Shown: positions 41,301 to 50,825 of the stretch, one piece after another
Position numbering within the stretch: the first letter of the stretch is position 1
How the letters are laid out: each line of letters starts with the position of its first letter
The notes under the pieces: model-generated
Seen by the model: only the letters and a program-made list of their open reading frames with translations
Database searches by the model: none
What the model was told of the DNA's origin: nothing
Program-made: the position numbers and the translations under genes
Virus record (IMG/VR): IMGVR_UViG_3300036770_008715
Location: 64,001 to 128,000 of that record
Direction: 5' to 3' (one strand)
DNA from: a virus
DNA length: 64,000 nucleotides

Positions 41301-42566
41301 TTGATATCTCTTGAAATTTCTTATTCTAGCTGTTCCGATTTTGGTATTAGAATAAGAACCGAAATTTGCGCTAGTTCCTCCTCTAACTCCAGCAGCAACG
41401 CTTTGTGATGCTACGCAGTGCAGATCAACTTGATCGATATTGTTAATATCAAGAAATCCGCTCGGAGAAGTATTACCAAATACTCTTTTTACTTGTACAT
41501 AATTCCCATATGAGGTGTCGATACCAGCCTCAAACACCGTTCTTTCGTCTTCTGAGCTCCGAGGTTTATCGACCTCTAGTTTTAATTTTCCAATTGTCTC
41601 AAATTCATATCCTTTGACATAAGCCTTGCCAGGTTCTATTTCTAATGTGAATTTAGAAACATCAGCTGAATTCGCTGTGCTGACTTTGAATGGTACAACA
41701 GTATAATCACCAGATTCATCATAAGTCCTTCTGGCTAACGTTTTTTCCAATTCACTGTATATTGGGTAACGAATTTGTTTTGTTACGGCGCCATTCTCAA
41801 CTCGCATTAATTCAAAAAACGAAGACTCGTCAACAGCTGTTGCTAATGGTCTTGTTGATAGGTTCAAGTTAATCTGGTATCGATCTGATCCAGGTGCCTG
41901 ATAATTAAATGAGTCTTGGGCTGGATCGAGAAGGGATGTATCGATTAGATGATCAACAATCTCATCAGAAATTTCAAGTCCAACTTTAACATTAGCATTT
42001 TGGCTGTATGCATCTAAAACAACGCTCTGAGACTGAACCTGTATGAAATACCCATCGACATAAAAAATACCATCATTAATAAAAGCCGCAGAACCTTTTC
42101 CAGTTGCATTGCTTGCAATTAGTTTAGCCTGCTTATTAGTTCCTGCTATTGTGAAGATTTCTCCTTCTTGGAACTCATTCCCAGTTAGATACTTAATCAG
42201 AAGCGTTGGCGTTCCACCAGAAGGGAAATATGCAGCAATAGTTTTTGCTTGGACTAGAGAGTCAGGAGACCTAATAATTACCTTATCAACAAACTCATCA
42301 AGTTCAAGATCTTGGTTATTGAAAGTTTCTTCTAGCTTTATGTATGTTACAGAATTATCAAAACTGATATTCCCACCAATTACTGGACTTCCATCTTGAA
42401 AAACATGATCTGCAAAAGACTTAATTTGATTTTGCAGTAACGATTGAATTTGAGTTAATTCTCTGGCTTGTACTGCATAACCAGGCCTGAATAATAATCT
42501 TAGATAATTATTCTCTTTGGCGTTCGAATCAAAATCGTCATAATATGGTTGTACGTTAAATTCCAT
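38325..42566 (-). CDS. VrlC/DUF4815-type baseplate-associated structural protein, N-terminal-type part
   Basis: FNVQPYYDDFD...LFRPGYAVQARELTQIQS; LARRTYDESGDY; RYTMKDL..LDKRIQRVEYYTSL. Confidence 0.85.
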   Translation of the reverse strand: MEFNVQPYYDDFDSNAKENNYLRLLFRPGYAVQARELTQIQSLLQNQIKSFADHVFQDGSPVIGGNISFDNSVTYIKLEETFNNQDLELDEFVDKVIIRSPDSLVQAKTIAAYFPSGGTPTLLIKYLTGNEFQEGEIFTIAGTNKQAKLIASNATGKGSAAFINDGIFYVDGYFIQVQSQSVVLDAYSQNANVKVGLEISDEIVDHLIDTSLLDPAQDSFNYQAPGSDRYQINLNLSTRPLATAVDESSFFELMRVENGAVTKQIRYPIYSELEKTLARRTYDESGDYTVVPFKVSTANSADVSKFTLEIEPGKAYVKGYEFETIGKLKLEVDKPRSSEDERTVFEAGIDTSYGNYVQVKRVFGNTSPSGFLDINNIDQVDLHCVASQSVAAGVRGGTSANFGSYSNTKIGTARIRNFKRYQSQGIDTVDGANTSVLPSGDSNGTYNLYVTDIDIKPMLYKLSTGSTSNTIVLPTTAPSIDGAYTNMTITMMPFRLDVVANANVNISATRWIHRHGANTTNLRTRCNVGDTIRFNGETRIATKVTTTFIVADRPWSKAFTSGNLYGDRYLEKQLPITSNVVNQTRTITRYDGSSRTAYLDLPFDENSVPTQNAVVQINPKFKDVESFIKLDFSNMTTSNVTMSANVAQSSKNQLGDVWLKENDYKSLIFRLPQEYVQRSFGGSISLQNVDYYHNKYIQSISVVSNSFTIEPGGYLTSGSERIDWLPTNSNIEDNLIVVVRNKGTSTTVSNGEILRLNSNHVNLNGLGDGIIVDLSTNNLATGVSEVSAYVVVRQDNVETNIRRKTLVSNTSYTVSPLYTYPTGPDASWLDVQRAMGDVDPFSSTPQTVARIDANNGIVMLREIVTNIGPGDSLSLYVPDVLRVRRILKSNGDLWPSSTNYFDVTDHFTFDGGQKDEIYDHATITLKQGYPTPNAKLLIHLDYYKHSEDSSNTFFSVDSYTQEEYESGTIPIHYSRKYGRFNLRDSIDFRPTRKIGDPSGSIISGKISDPDSIVVATFKYWLSRIDKLVLTKTKEFKILKGTSAVAPVPPDDDSDSMTLYTIYLPPYVHRISDIGLKYNEAKRYTMKDLAALDKRIQRVEYYTSLNNIENRTLADPAFYNDNTKKEKYGLVGESFQNYDIADYKNRDFSVSKTAKGITAKTKTRIYDIRPYSLTNTKRNGKTLSLAFTEQAAISQPLASNTAVSVQPFLFASFIGNISLSPEIDYWVSEELRPEIIKAPAEVFRETRIQEVVREIVTQVKTTETIIVIPSANTNTQTQPEGPGTDAGTGNPVDVINLPNDVIIPITTDDPRNPDPVVAVPPSSNDDPEIITTTPPNEWTGIDESLLNGIIFPMPILDFGAGFLPWMPTNEFQMFVPSTGTATTINYDQVAYTEPTYAPPSGGGGIDRDVTGRFK

Positions 42567-42577
42567 TGCTTAACCCT

Positions 42578-44422
42578 TTAGAACGAAAATACCATTCTGA
42601 TTTGTTCGGTTTGATTTACATTCCTAATAATAGGCAATCTATTCTCAATATATAGCGTATCCCCAGAGAAGATATCTATTTCTGGGTTTGTCACAGAAAG
42701 AATAGCGCCAGCTGCAGCACTAGAAGCTCCTTTTAACTCAGATCCAATAGCATTAGATATGTCACCATCAACATTAATAATGTATAACAAGTTCTGAGAA
42801 ACGTCAAACGATGCAACCGTTCCAGTTAAAGTTGCATTTTCTAGCGAATTTCCAATATAAACAGTCTCGTCGTTGGAATAGTTCGAGCTACCTGGATCTG
42901 AAACATTAATTTTATAGGATGAGATATATGTTTCTCCAGAAGAAAATATGCCATTAGCAAACAATGGATCCCTTATTAACGAAATCTGTCTAAAATCGAA
43001 ATTGCCGCCATACGCAGCTCCAGAAACTGGAATTTTATTATCATCTGTATTTAGTTCAACAGAAATCATAAATGTGTAGCATCCAAGTTCTTTTGCTGGA
43101 TTAGAACCATGTCCACCAGGAGGCCCAATTACAACATCAAATGAAGCTGATGTTCCTTCAGCTAATTGGAATGGGTCGGATATTGTAACGTTGGCTTTCG
43201 TATAATCTCGACCGCCAGATAATATGTTTAATTCAGTTATTTGTCCAGATTCAACTTGAGCAGTAGCAGTAGCACCAGTACCATCTCCAGTTATGGTGAC
43301 AATTGGATATGACGCATTATTTCCACTTTGACCGTTTAGGTAATATCCTGATCCTTGGTTCGTAACGTCAATAACATCAATCCTACCATCAACAGAAGAA
43401 CCTAAAACTGAATTATCAGTTACAACAGGCATCCATTTGGAGGTGAAGAATTTTTGTTTTAGTCCATATGGTATAGTATAGAGATACTTCCATTTATAAA
43501 GATCTCCAGTTTCAATATATGGATCTTCTGGTAGCTGACCGTCAATATCAATTGTTGGTTCTATTGTAGAAACAATCAGATTATCATTTTGGTCTTTTGG
43601 GGTATACAAACATTTAAATACTTGATCTCTACTATTTCTTGCAAAGAAATTATTTGCAAACAGAGGATACCTGTTAACTAGTTTTATTGTTTGGCCTTCA
43701 GTTTGAGAAGTTGAAATTTTAGTGTTTACAACAAAAGCATAATTCCCTTTAACTTCCACAACTTCTTTTTGTTCTCCAGAAATCGAAACAACTACCCCAA
43801 CATCAACATTTCCCAGAAAAAGTCCAGCTGTATTCTTGACTATTCTGTTATTTGAGACTGCAATAATTGTATTAGATATACCAGAAAATATAAAATTAGA
43901 ATTTACAGTTAGATTGGTATTATCTGTAATGGTAACTACTGATCTTGTTTGATTATTTACTGTAACTAAATCACCAATTAATAATGCTGTAGTAAATGTA
44001 GTGTCAACTCCACTAACAGTCGAAGACCCCGAAGTCACATTAACTGTGCCAGAAATAGTTACATTTGAATTGGCAATAGAATTGCCTATAAAAATTTCTT
44101 TTTCGTGTTCGAACATTTCTAAGTGGTCGTTATATTGTTCATAAACTAAACCAGAAACCCAATCGTTCCTAGGAACAACTAATGCAATATCTGATGGTGC
44201 AACTTTTTTCAAAACCATCATATTTCTTCTAGATTCATCGATATAGTTGGTTGATAGAAATACTTCTCCAACTTCTTCTTGAGTTTCAGAAGATGCGTTG
44301 TCACCCCAAAACAATGGCCTACCAATAGAAACGTAAGTATTCGATCCAACAGTTAAAATAGAATTCTTCATAAACTGAACAATTTCATATTTTAGTAAGT
44401 TGGTTTTATTAAATTTCATCAT
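42578..44422 (-). CDS. gp8: Baseplate wedge subunit gp8-like
   Basis: VVPRNDWVSG..YEQY; VFKCL; YKWKYLYTIP; PPGGHGSNPAKELG; SGDTLYIENR..I.R...QTEQIR. Confidence 0.85.
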   Translation of the reverse strand: MMKFNKTNLLKYEIVQFMKNSILTVGSNTYVSIGRPLFWGDNASSETQEEVGEVFLSTNYIDESRRNMMVLKKVAPSDIALVVPRNDWVSGLVYEQYNDHLEMFEHEKEIFIGNSIANSNVTISGTVNVTSGSSTVSGVDTTFTTALLIGDLVTVNNQTRSVVTITDNTNLTVNSNFIFSGISNTIIAVSNNRIVKNTAGLFLGNVDVGVVVSISGEQKEVVEVKGNYAFVVNTKISTSQTEGQTIKLVNRYPLFANNFFARNSRDQVFKCLYTPKDQNDNLIVSTIEPTIDIDGQLPEDPYIETGDLYKWKYLYTIPYGLKQKFFTSKWMPVVTDNSVLGSSVDGRIDVIDVTNQGSGYYLNGQSGNNASYPIVTITGDGTGATATAQVESGQITELNILSGGRDYTKANVTISDPFQLAEGTSASFDVVIGPPGGHGSNPAKELGCYTFMISVELNTDDNKIPVSGAAYGGNFDFRQISLIRDPLFANGIFSSGETYISSYKINVSDPGSSNYSNDETVYIGNSLENATLTGTVASFDVSQNLLYIINVDGDISNAIGSELKGASSAAAGAILSVTNPEIDIFSGDTLYIENRLPIIRNVNQTEQIRMVFSF

Positions 44423-44426
44423 TTAT

Positions 44427-47400
44427 TTAACTCGTTAAAATAATTGAGTATGGATAGTCTTTAGTATCGTATTTCGGAACAACGAAATAAACCAAATTAG
44501 ATATTGTATTTGTTGCAACGAAATCAATATTAGTTGTAATTGTCGATTGGTCAATTGCAATAACATTTGCATCAACTACATTCAACCTTTTATATAAAAA
44601 TTCTCCATTTGAAGTTGTTGTAAATGCCGTATTGACTATCAATGCAGTCCCGTTCACATTAACTACAGTCCTATATTGATTATTTATCATAATAACATCA
44701 TCTTTTTTAACCACCACATTCAGCACAACTGTACCTCTAGCATTAGCAATAGATGATCCTGAAACTATGTTCATAGACAAATTCCCACCAGTCACCTGTA
44801 ATTGTCTCGGAAACTCATTAATTGAGGCTACATTAATTTTTATAGTGTCTCCAACAGAAACGGAATTAGCAACAATATCTTGATTATCTGATACGCTTAG
44901 TGCGGTGGTCTGTAGTTTATCAATCCACTGTGAAGTTGTAGTATATGAGAATGGTGCGTTAGTCTCAGCATAATTAGTTTCTAGTCGAATGATCCTTCTT
45001 ATTTCATTATTAACTGATACTATATCATTAACCTTAAATGCAGTGGCTATCGCATCTCCAGAATTGCGATATAGGTATCTTGTTGCAACAGAACTGTTGG
45101 CTTTAAAATAGGTTGCAAAATTATTCTTAGAACTAAACTCACTGTCAACTATGATATATTCTGGTGACAATATTTGAGTAATTTTTCTCTCTTCGTTATT
45201 AGTATACAATATATCATTAACTGTAAATGTTAGCAGGTTAGAAGAAAGTTTTCTTATCTTAACATTTGTTGAATTTGCAGAAAAATTACTATTAACTGTC
45301 AATTCAGTATTTGATGTGTTTGCAACAACAACTCTAATTTCATTGTTAACCGAAATTAGATCTCCGACTAATATATTATCCAGGAATATTGTATTAACTC
45401 CTGAAACTGTAGCATTTATACTATAAACAGAAACAATACCATTTAATAGCGTGTTTGTAGAAAACACCCGAGTATTTAAATCTGAAACTCTAATTAAACC
45501 AGATCTTGGCTCATATCTACCATAGACATATCCTTCCAATCCAGAGTTAGCGATATTCTGAGATTGAGAGTTAATATATCCTTGGCCAGTCATAATGAAA
45601 TTGCCCTCAACATTCAAGCTGGTAGGACTAGTCACAGCTGTAACAACCTTGGAGAATGATCTGCCTGGTGCTGTTTGATCTATTAGGTTAATCAAATTAC
45701 CAACAAGGTTGGCTGTAAATGTAGTAGAATTGCCAGTAACAACATTAGATAATGCATTGGCAACCTGTATATTTGATGTTGTTGATATTGGAGGAAGTAT
45801 GTATACATATGGATCAATAGCAATACCATCATTTTCAGTATCAACATAAGATATAGTTTTAGACAACATCGATGTGCCAATTGGATGAACTGTATCTTTG
45901 ATTATATTCTCATAATCGACTAAAGATTTTTCAGATTGTATCACATATGAATAATTATGGTATGTTTTGGAATCTTGTATCTTTTTATCTGCGCTCAAGA
46001 AACCATCTGTATTAACATAAAAGCCGTCAAATTTGATTAGTCCATTGAAGAACTCAGCTACAGCTTTAGCCTTACCGTTTCCATAAAATACAGGATTTCC
46101 TAATGTTGCTCCTGCAGGATATTGATCTGGTACAGGAACTGTCGCAGTTGGGCTTATAGTTACTGTTGCGAGATACTGTTCTGTTTCTATGTCATCAGTT
46201 ATAACTGTTTTTCCAACTTTTATTGTATTAAATCTGTCAAAATTTCCTGAGTAATTAAAAGTTCTCAGTAAACCATTCGAAGAATCATATTTCTTAATTA
46301 TTGAGTAGAAAGATGGGAAATCAATATCGCCTTGATAGATATAATTACCTTCTGCTAAGTTCGGTATATCTATTTCTGGGATAGGAATAATCATAATATC
46401 TAATACTTTAAGAGAAACTAGAGGAATAGAAATATAATCATAGCCTCTATTTGTCAATTTTATACTTTTAATTCTACCGATAGCTCCAGTATCAATTGCA
46501 TATTCAACTCCATCATTAAATTCATATGCAGTTAATGTTGCACCAGAACCTCCAGATGTAACTATCGAAATATTTTTATCTATGTAATATCCTTCTCCTC
46601 TGTCAATTATATTTGTTGAAACTATTGTTCCATTAGCCCCCACATTAACATTGCCAACAAACCCATAACCTCTTCCTGTTATTATAATTTGATCTCCGTT
46701 AGCATAACCACTTCCGCCGTTATCGATATAGATGTGGGATATTTTACCATAGTTTTTCACAGATTGTCTTGTTGCAACATAATCTGGATCAGTTCTTGAA
46801 GAACCAATTAACTCAGCTTCCGACCAATAAGTGTCATGATAAGATGATATTTCAACTCTCGGAGTCGATCTAAACCCATAGCCTCCATTTAGAATAGTAA
46901 ATAGTTGCACTCCACCAGTCTCTAAAATCTCGTAATTCAAAGTTTGTTTTATTTGAGAATTTGCATTTGCTGGAACTTCAGCATTAACAACAGAGTTAAC
47001 GTTTATAACTGAACCAACGTTTGGAACAAATAGTTTATTAGTTCCAACTAAAAATCCAGTTGTTGTTAATGCTCTTGTATTTGCAACAGAATATAACACT
47101 ATATTTGTTGCAGTATCTGCAATTAAATTTGTTGTACTTAATATTCTTCCAATAAAATTTGCTGATGATAAAGATACACCGTTGGCATAAACATAATCGC
47201 CTTCAAATAGAGTTAGATTCTGATTTTCCGTAACGTTTAAAACAACGTTTCTATTATTTTGAGTGAATAAAGAATAATTCGTCGCTCCAATACCAACACT
47301 CTTAATATATTCTATTGGCATTTTATCTACAGGCAAATACTCTAAAAATGAAGATTGGCTCGATCCACTAACATTAGCAAGTTCTAGGGCGGAAACTAAT

Positions 47401-48365
47401 ATAGAAGTGCTTAGGTTAGAATTAGGATCATCTACTCCAATAGTTCTTAATACAGTAACAACAGAGTTTGGTTCTGTTCTATACCCGTATCCTGGGAAAT
47501 TTATGTTTATACCTTCAATAGAACCAGAGGTAACATCTTCAACATAAGCAACTGCATCTCTGGCTTGAGGTGTATTATCTAAACCACCAAAAACAACTAT
47601 TGGGTCTCCGACGTTATAGAGCAACCCTCTTCTTTTTTGTTGAGGGTCTGTAATTATATTCGAGTCAACTTTTATATTGGAAAGGGATCCGATAATTTTT
47701 TCTTTAAATGGATTCTCGGCAGTGTATCCCTCGACATTTTGAATTATCAGAAACTCCCCATTAATAAAGTCTTTAACAACGTTAGACACATAGATTTCTA
47801 ATACTTCATTTCCAAAATTTTTGTCTACTGTTTTATTGGCAGATTCAATAACGCAGGTGGCTGTTGAGATCGATCCTTCCCCTTTCAATTTTTCTAGAAG
47901 GTTTGGATCAATATCTTCGTTTTCAGTACTCAGCGTTATTCTAAACGCCAAAGGAAGTTTCCATTTCCCATCTGAAACTTTTAATATTTGTTTTTTGGGG
48001 TAGAACAGCTCGACTTCCTGGTCGAACAATACTCTAAACAACCACTTAACAGATTCCTCACTACCCTTCCTAGCATAAAATTCTCTAGACCTTTTTAAGA
48101 TTTTAACCACATCTAATGCAGTTTTTTCTGGGAAATTTGGCAGAAATTCTTCTTTGAAAAGCCTGATAAATGGATCTAGAGTCTCATCGATATCACGATA
48201 AGAATCCGAATTCATTATATGGAATACAGTATTACCCCCTTCAGGATCTTCAAGCCACTTATAATAATATTCAATAAACAGCTTAAACTGTGGGTGATCT
48301 GCATTAACAAAATCTGGTAATTGCCTTTTTACTAAACTCGATATTGTTTTATGAATTGTACTCAT
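44427..48365 (-). CDS. gp7: Baseplate wedge initiator gp7-like
   Basis: QLPDFV...FIEYYYKWLE; FYARKGSEESVKWLFRVLF; IQDSKTYHNYSYVIQS...VHPIG; directly follows gp6. Confidence 0.75.
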   Translation of the reverse strand: MSTIHKTISSLVKRQLPDFVNADHPQFKLFIEYYYKWLEDPEGGNTVFHIMNSDSYRDIDETLDPFIRLFKEEFLPNFPEKTALDVVKILKRSREFYARKGSEESVKWLFRVLFDQEVELFYPKKQILKVSDGKWKLPLAFRITLSTENEDIDPNLLEKLKGEGSISTATCVIESANKTVDKNFGNEVLEIYVSNVVKDFINGEFLIIQNVEGYTAENPFKEKIIGSLSNIKVDSNIITDPQQKRRGLLYNVGDPIVVFGGLDNTPQARDAVAYVEDVTSGSIEGININFPGYGYRTEPNSVVTVLRTIGVDDPNSNLSTSILVSALELANVSGSSQSSFLEYLPVDKMPIEYIKSVGIGATNYSLFTQNNRNVVLNVTENQNLTLFEGDYVYANGVSLSSANFIGRILSTTNLIADTATNIVLYSVANTRALTTTGFLVGTNKLFVPNVGSVINVNSVVNAEVPANANSQIKQTLNYEILETGGVQLFTILNGGYGFRSTPRVEISSYHDTYWSEAELIGSSRTDPDYVATRQSVKNYGKISHIYIDNGGSGYANGDQIIITGRGYGFVGNVNVGANGTIVSTNIIDRGEGYYIDKNISIVTSGGSGATLTAYEFNDGVEYAIDTGAIGRIKSIKLTNRGYDYISIPLVSLKVLDIMIIPIPEIDIPNLAEGNYIYQGDIDFPSFYSIIKKYDSSNGLLRTFNYSGNFDRFNTIKVGKTVITDDIETEQYLATVTISPTATVPVPDQYPAGATLGNPVFYGNGKAKAVAEFFNGLIKFDGFYVNTDGFLSADKKIQDSKTYHNYSYVIQSEKSLVDYENIIKDTVHPIGTSMLSKTISYVDTENDGIAIDPYVYILPPISTTSNIQVANALSNVVTGNSTTFTANLVGNLINLIDQTAPGRSFSKVVTAVTSPTSLNVEGNFIMTGQGYINSQSQNIANSGLEGYVYGRYEPRSGLIRVSDLNTRVFSTNTLLNGIVSVYSINATVSGVNTIFLDNILVGDLISVNNEIRVVVANTSNTELTVNSNFSANSTNVKIRKLSSNLLTFTVNDILYTNNEERKITQILSPEYIIVDSEFSSKNNFATYFKANSSVATRYLYRNSGDAIATAFKVNDIVSVNNEIRRIIRLETNYAETNAPFSYTTTSQWIDKLQTTALSVSDNQDIVANSVSVGDTIKINVASINEFPRQLQVTGGNLSMNIVSGSSIANARGTVVLNVVVKKDDVIMINNQYRTVVNVNGTALIVNTAFTTTSNGEFLYKRLNVVDANVIAIDQSTITTNIDFVATNTISNLVYFVVPKYDTKDYPYSIILTS

Positions 48366-50432
48366 TTAACTTTCCGAGTTACTAACCTGAACTTCAATAG
48401 CAGTAGGATCAGTATTATCTAGGGTTAGAATACAATTCCTTTTTGTTGAGAACGCATTAGTTGCAGGAAAAGACTTTAATGTCATTGTTCCATATGCATC
48501 ATTGACTGAAATTGGTTTAAAGTTCAATAATTCTACTCTACCTTCATCATAGTATATGATTCCAGCTTCATTATTCAATATAGTCTTGATTAAATTACTA
48601 TCATAATAGTATGATCTAATTTTTCCTATTTTACCTTCCATAATTGCTATAGCTCTGGCGCCTACGCCACCGCCGCCAGTAATCGTTACGATTGCAGAAG
48701 TGTACCCAGAACCATTTTTGGTAATTCGAATAGATCTTATTGTCCCATTGACAATAATTGCTGCGGCTTCGGCACCTTCTCCATCGCCATTGATTGTTAT
48801 ATCTGGAATATCAGTATAGCCAGAACCTGGGTTAGTAATTTCAATCGACTCAACGCCAGAGAATGATTGAGGAATTTCTTCTAGATACGATTCGCGTTCA
48901 ATGTTCAAATCATCTAGAAGCACAAAAGATGGCTGACTAGTCAATCTTTGTATTGAAGTTCCACGAAGTAATGGAACATTAAAATCTATAGTATAGTTGG
49001 CAGCCTGACCCAATTTGGGCCTAAACCGTTTTTCAATGAAGACATCAAGTAAATTATTTTGAATTGATGGGTCAGCATCATCAATAGCTCTAATCAATCG
49101 AGATATTTTAAAAGAACCATTGAATGTATTAAAATATTGATTGCTAAAGTTGATTATAGCATTATATACTACTGTTTGGATTTCTCCAGCGGTTCTGCTG
49201 GTTTTCCGTTGGTCATATGTTACAAATGATTTAAACACCAAATAGTTGTAGTCTGCTGGAACGTATTCTGGCGTCACTGTTAATATGCTGATAGGAGAAA
49301 GGACTTCTTCTTTGACATATTCTATTTCAGTTTGAGTGATCTCATAATTTCCGCGAGGTTTGGCTGAAAAGAATATCTTTCCATATTGCGGTGGGTTATT
49401 CTCTTCTCCGCCCCAAACAGTAACAGAATCAAAATAAGGGTAGTTCTTATTTAAAAGTGCAATATAATCATTCTTGGTCACAGCTCTGTTTTGGGCGATG
49501 TATGACTTAGGAGCTACAAATTTGATAGAATCAATGTCCTCTTCTTTTTTACCTGAAAAAGACTCAGACTTAACTGTAATTGTTACAGGAGAACCTGGTT
49601 TGATATTATCAGCTAATCTGAAAGATCTAATGCCATTAGCATCTGTACCAGAAGTCACAATGTATGTGACAATAACAATATTACCGTCAACTAATGCTTT
49701 TCCTATAATATTATCACCAAAATATATCTGGTATTTTCCATTTCTATTCTCTTCAAGATAATAGACGGCAGCATCTGTAGAAACTTGAGTAGATAAATCA
49801 GTTACAAGTTCGAATCTTTCTAGCGTCGCATTTAATGCTGAAGTTTGAACCTGTACCTGAATGGTTGAGGTGTCGATGCCAATATCAGGTAATTCGAATA
49901 CTTGTTTTGCATTTGTGGCTTGATTGAATACAAAGGTATATACCAGTGGTTGCCCTTCTTTAATTATTAAATCTGTAAAATTAAAATATCCTGCTGTGTT
50001 TCTACTCGCCACTCTTTGATCTACGTTAACAAACGTATAATTAATTCCATCTTTTGCTGATGTGGCAAATCGAGTGAATCTAGGTATTGTCATTGCGCTA
50101 TTCGAGCCGCCAGGCACTTCTTGGAAAGAAACATCAACAAGTGCTTGTGATGCCACCCTAGATCTAGGAGTGTATCCAAGAAGTTTTGCATGAGAAACTA
50201 CTGAGGGTCTTGAAATGGCGCTGTCAATAAACATCTCATTAGCCACCATATTTAAATAGTAGCCCATATAATGTGTATTATAAGCCAGTACATCTAATAG
50301 AACAGAAAGCCCTGATCCTTCAAAATTATAGTCAGAAAACTCAGTTTGACTTTGTAGAAACGTCCTTAGATTTTGTTTGATTGTATCAAAATCTAGTTCA
50401 GATACTTTTAATTTAGCATCTATATTTGCCAT
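48366..50432 (-). CDS. gp6: Baseplate wedge subunit gp6
   Basis: LDFDTIKQNL...FSDYNFEGSGLSVLLDVLAYNTHY; QNRAVTKNDY; VWGGEEN.PPQYGK. Confidence 0.95.
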   Translation of the reverse strand: MANIDAKLKVSELDFDTIKQNLRTFLQSQTEFSDYNFEGSGLSVLLDVLAYNTHYMGYYLNMVANEMFIDSAISRPSVVSHAKLLGYTPRSRVASQALVDVSFQEVPGGSNSAMTIPRFTRFATSAKDGINYTFVNVDQRVASRNTAGYFNFTDLIIKEGQPLVYTFVFNQATNAKQVFELPDIGIDTSTIQVQVQTSALNATLERFELVTDLSTQVSTDAAVYYLEENRNGKYQIYFGDNIIGKALVDGNIVIVTYIVTSGTDANGIRSFRLADNIKPGSPVTITVKSESFSGKKEEDIDSIKFVAPKSYIAQNRAVTKNDYIALLNKNYPYFDSVTVWGGEENNPPQYGKIFFSAKPRGNYEITQTEIEYVKEEVLSPISILTVTPEYVPADYNYLVFKSFVTYDQRKTSRTAGEIQTVVYNAIINFSNQYFNTFNGSFKISRLIRAIDDADPSIQNNLLDVFIEKRFRPKLGQAANYTIDFNVPLLRGTSIQRLTSQPSFVLLDDLNIERESYLEEIPQSFSGVESIEITNPGSGYTDIPDITINGDGEGAEAAAIIVNGTIRSIRITKNGSGYTSAIVTITGGGGVGARAIAIMEGKIGKIRSYYYDSNLIKTILNNEAGIIYYDEGRVELLNFKPISVNDAYGTMTLKSFPATNAFSTKRNCILTLDNTDPTAIEVQVSNSES

Positions 50433-50825
50433 TTATCGTACTCTTTGTAAATAGAAACTAACATTTATTGGCTCTGGATCATTTTGAATGAAAAAAGTTA
50501 AAGATACCAGATAAGAATTTCTATCATAGTCTGGCTCGACTTCTATAGCTTCAATTGATACTCTTGGTTCATAATTTTTAATTGTATTCCTAATATCATC
50601 AGCTATAGCATTAGTTGTAAAAGCATCTATCGGCTCAAATAAAAGCCTTCTTAAATTCGATCCAATTTGCGGTTGGAAAGGCCTCTCATAGAAATTAGTA
50701 TATAGAAGGTTTCTAACCGAACCAATTATTGCATTAATATCTTTGTTTTTAGTAACATCACCAGTTACTGGATGTGCAGTAAAATTTAAATCTAAATCTT
50801 TATATGTTCTTTTGGTTATTATCAT
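50433..50825 (-). CDS. gp25: Baseplate wedge subunit gp25
   Basis: YKDLDLNF..HPVTGD...SVRNLL.T...ERPFQP.IGS...LLFEP...YEPRV. Confidence 0.95.
   Translation of the reverse strand: MIITKRTYKDLDLNFTAHPVTGDVTKNKDINAIIGSVRNLLYTNFYERPFQPQIGSNLRRLLFEPIDAFTTNAIADDIRNTIKNYEPRVSIEAIEVEPDYDRNSYLVSLTFFIQNDPEPINVSFYLQRVR

Noticed and set aside
38320-44432. TTAAATA motifs near 38326-38332 and 44424-44430 as late promoters
   Set aside because: Weak matches that arise readily from TAA stops in AT-rich gene junctions; not supported enough to list
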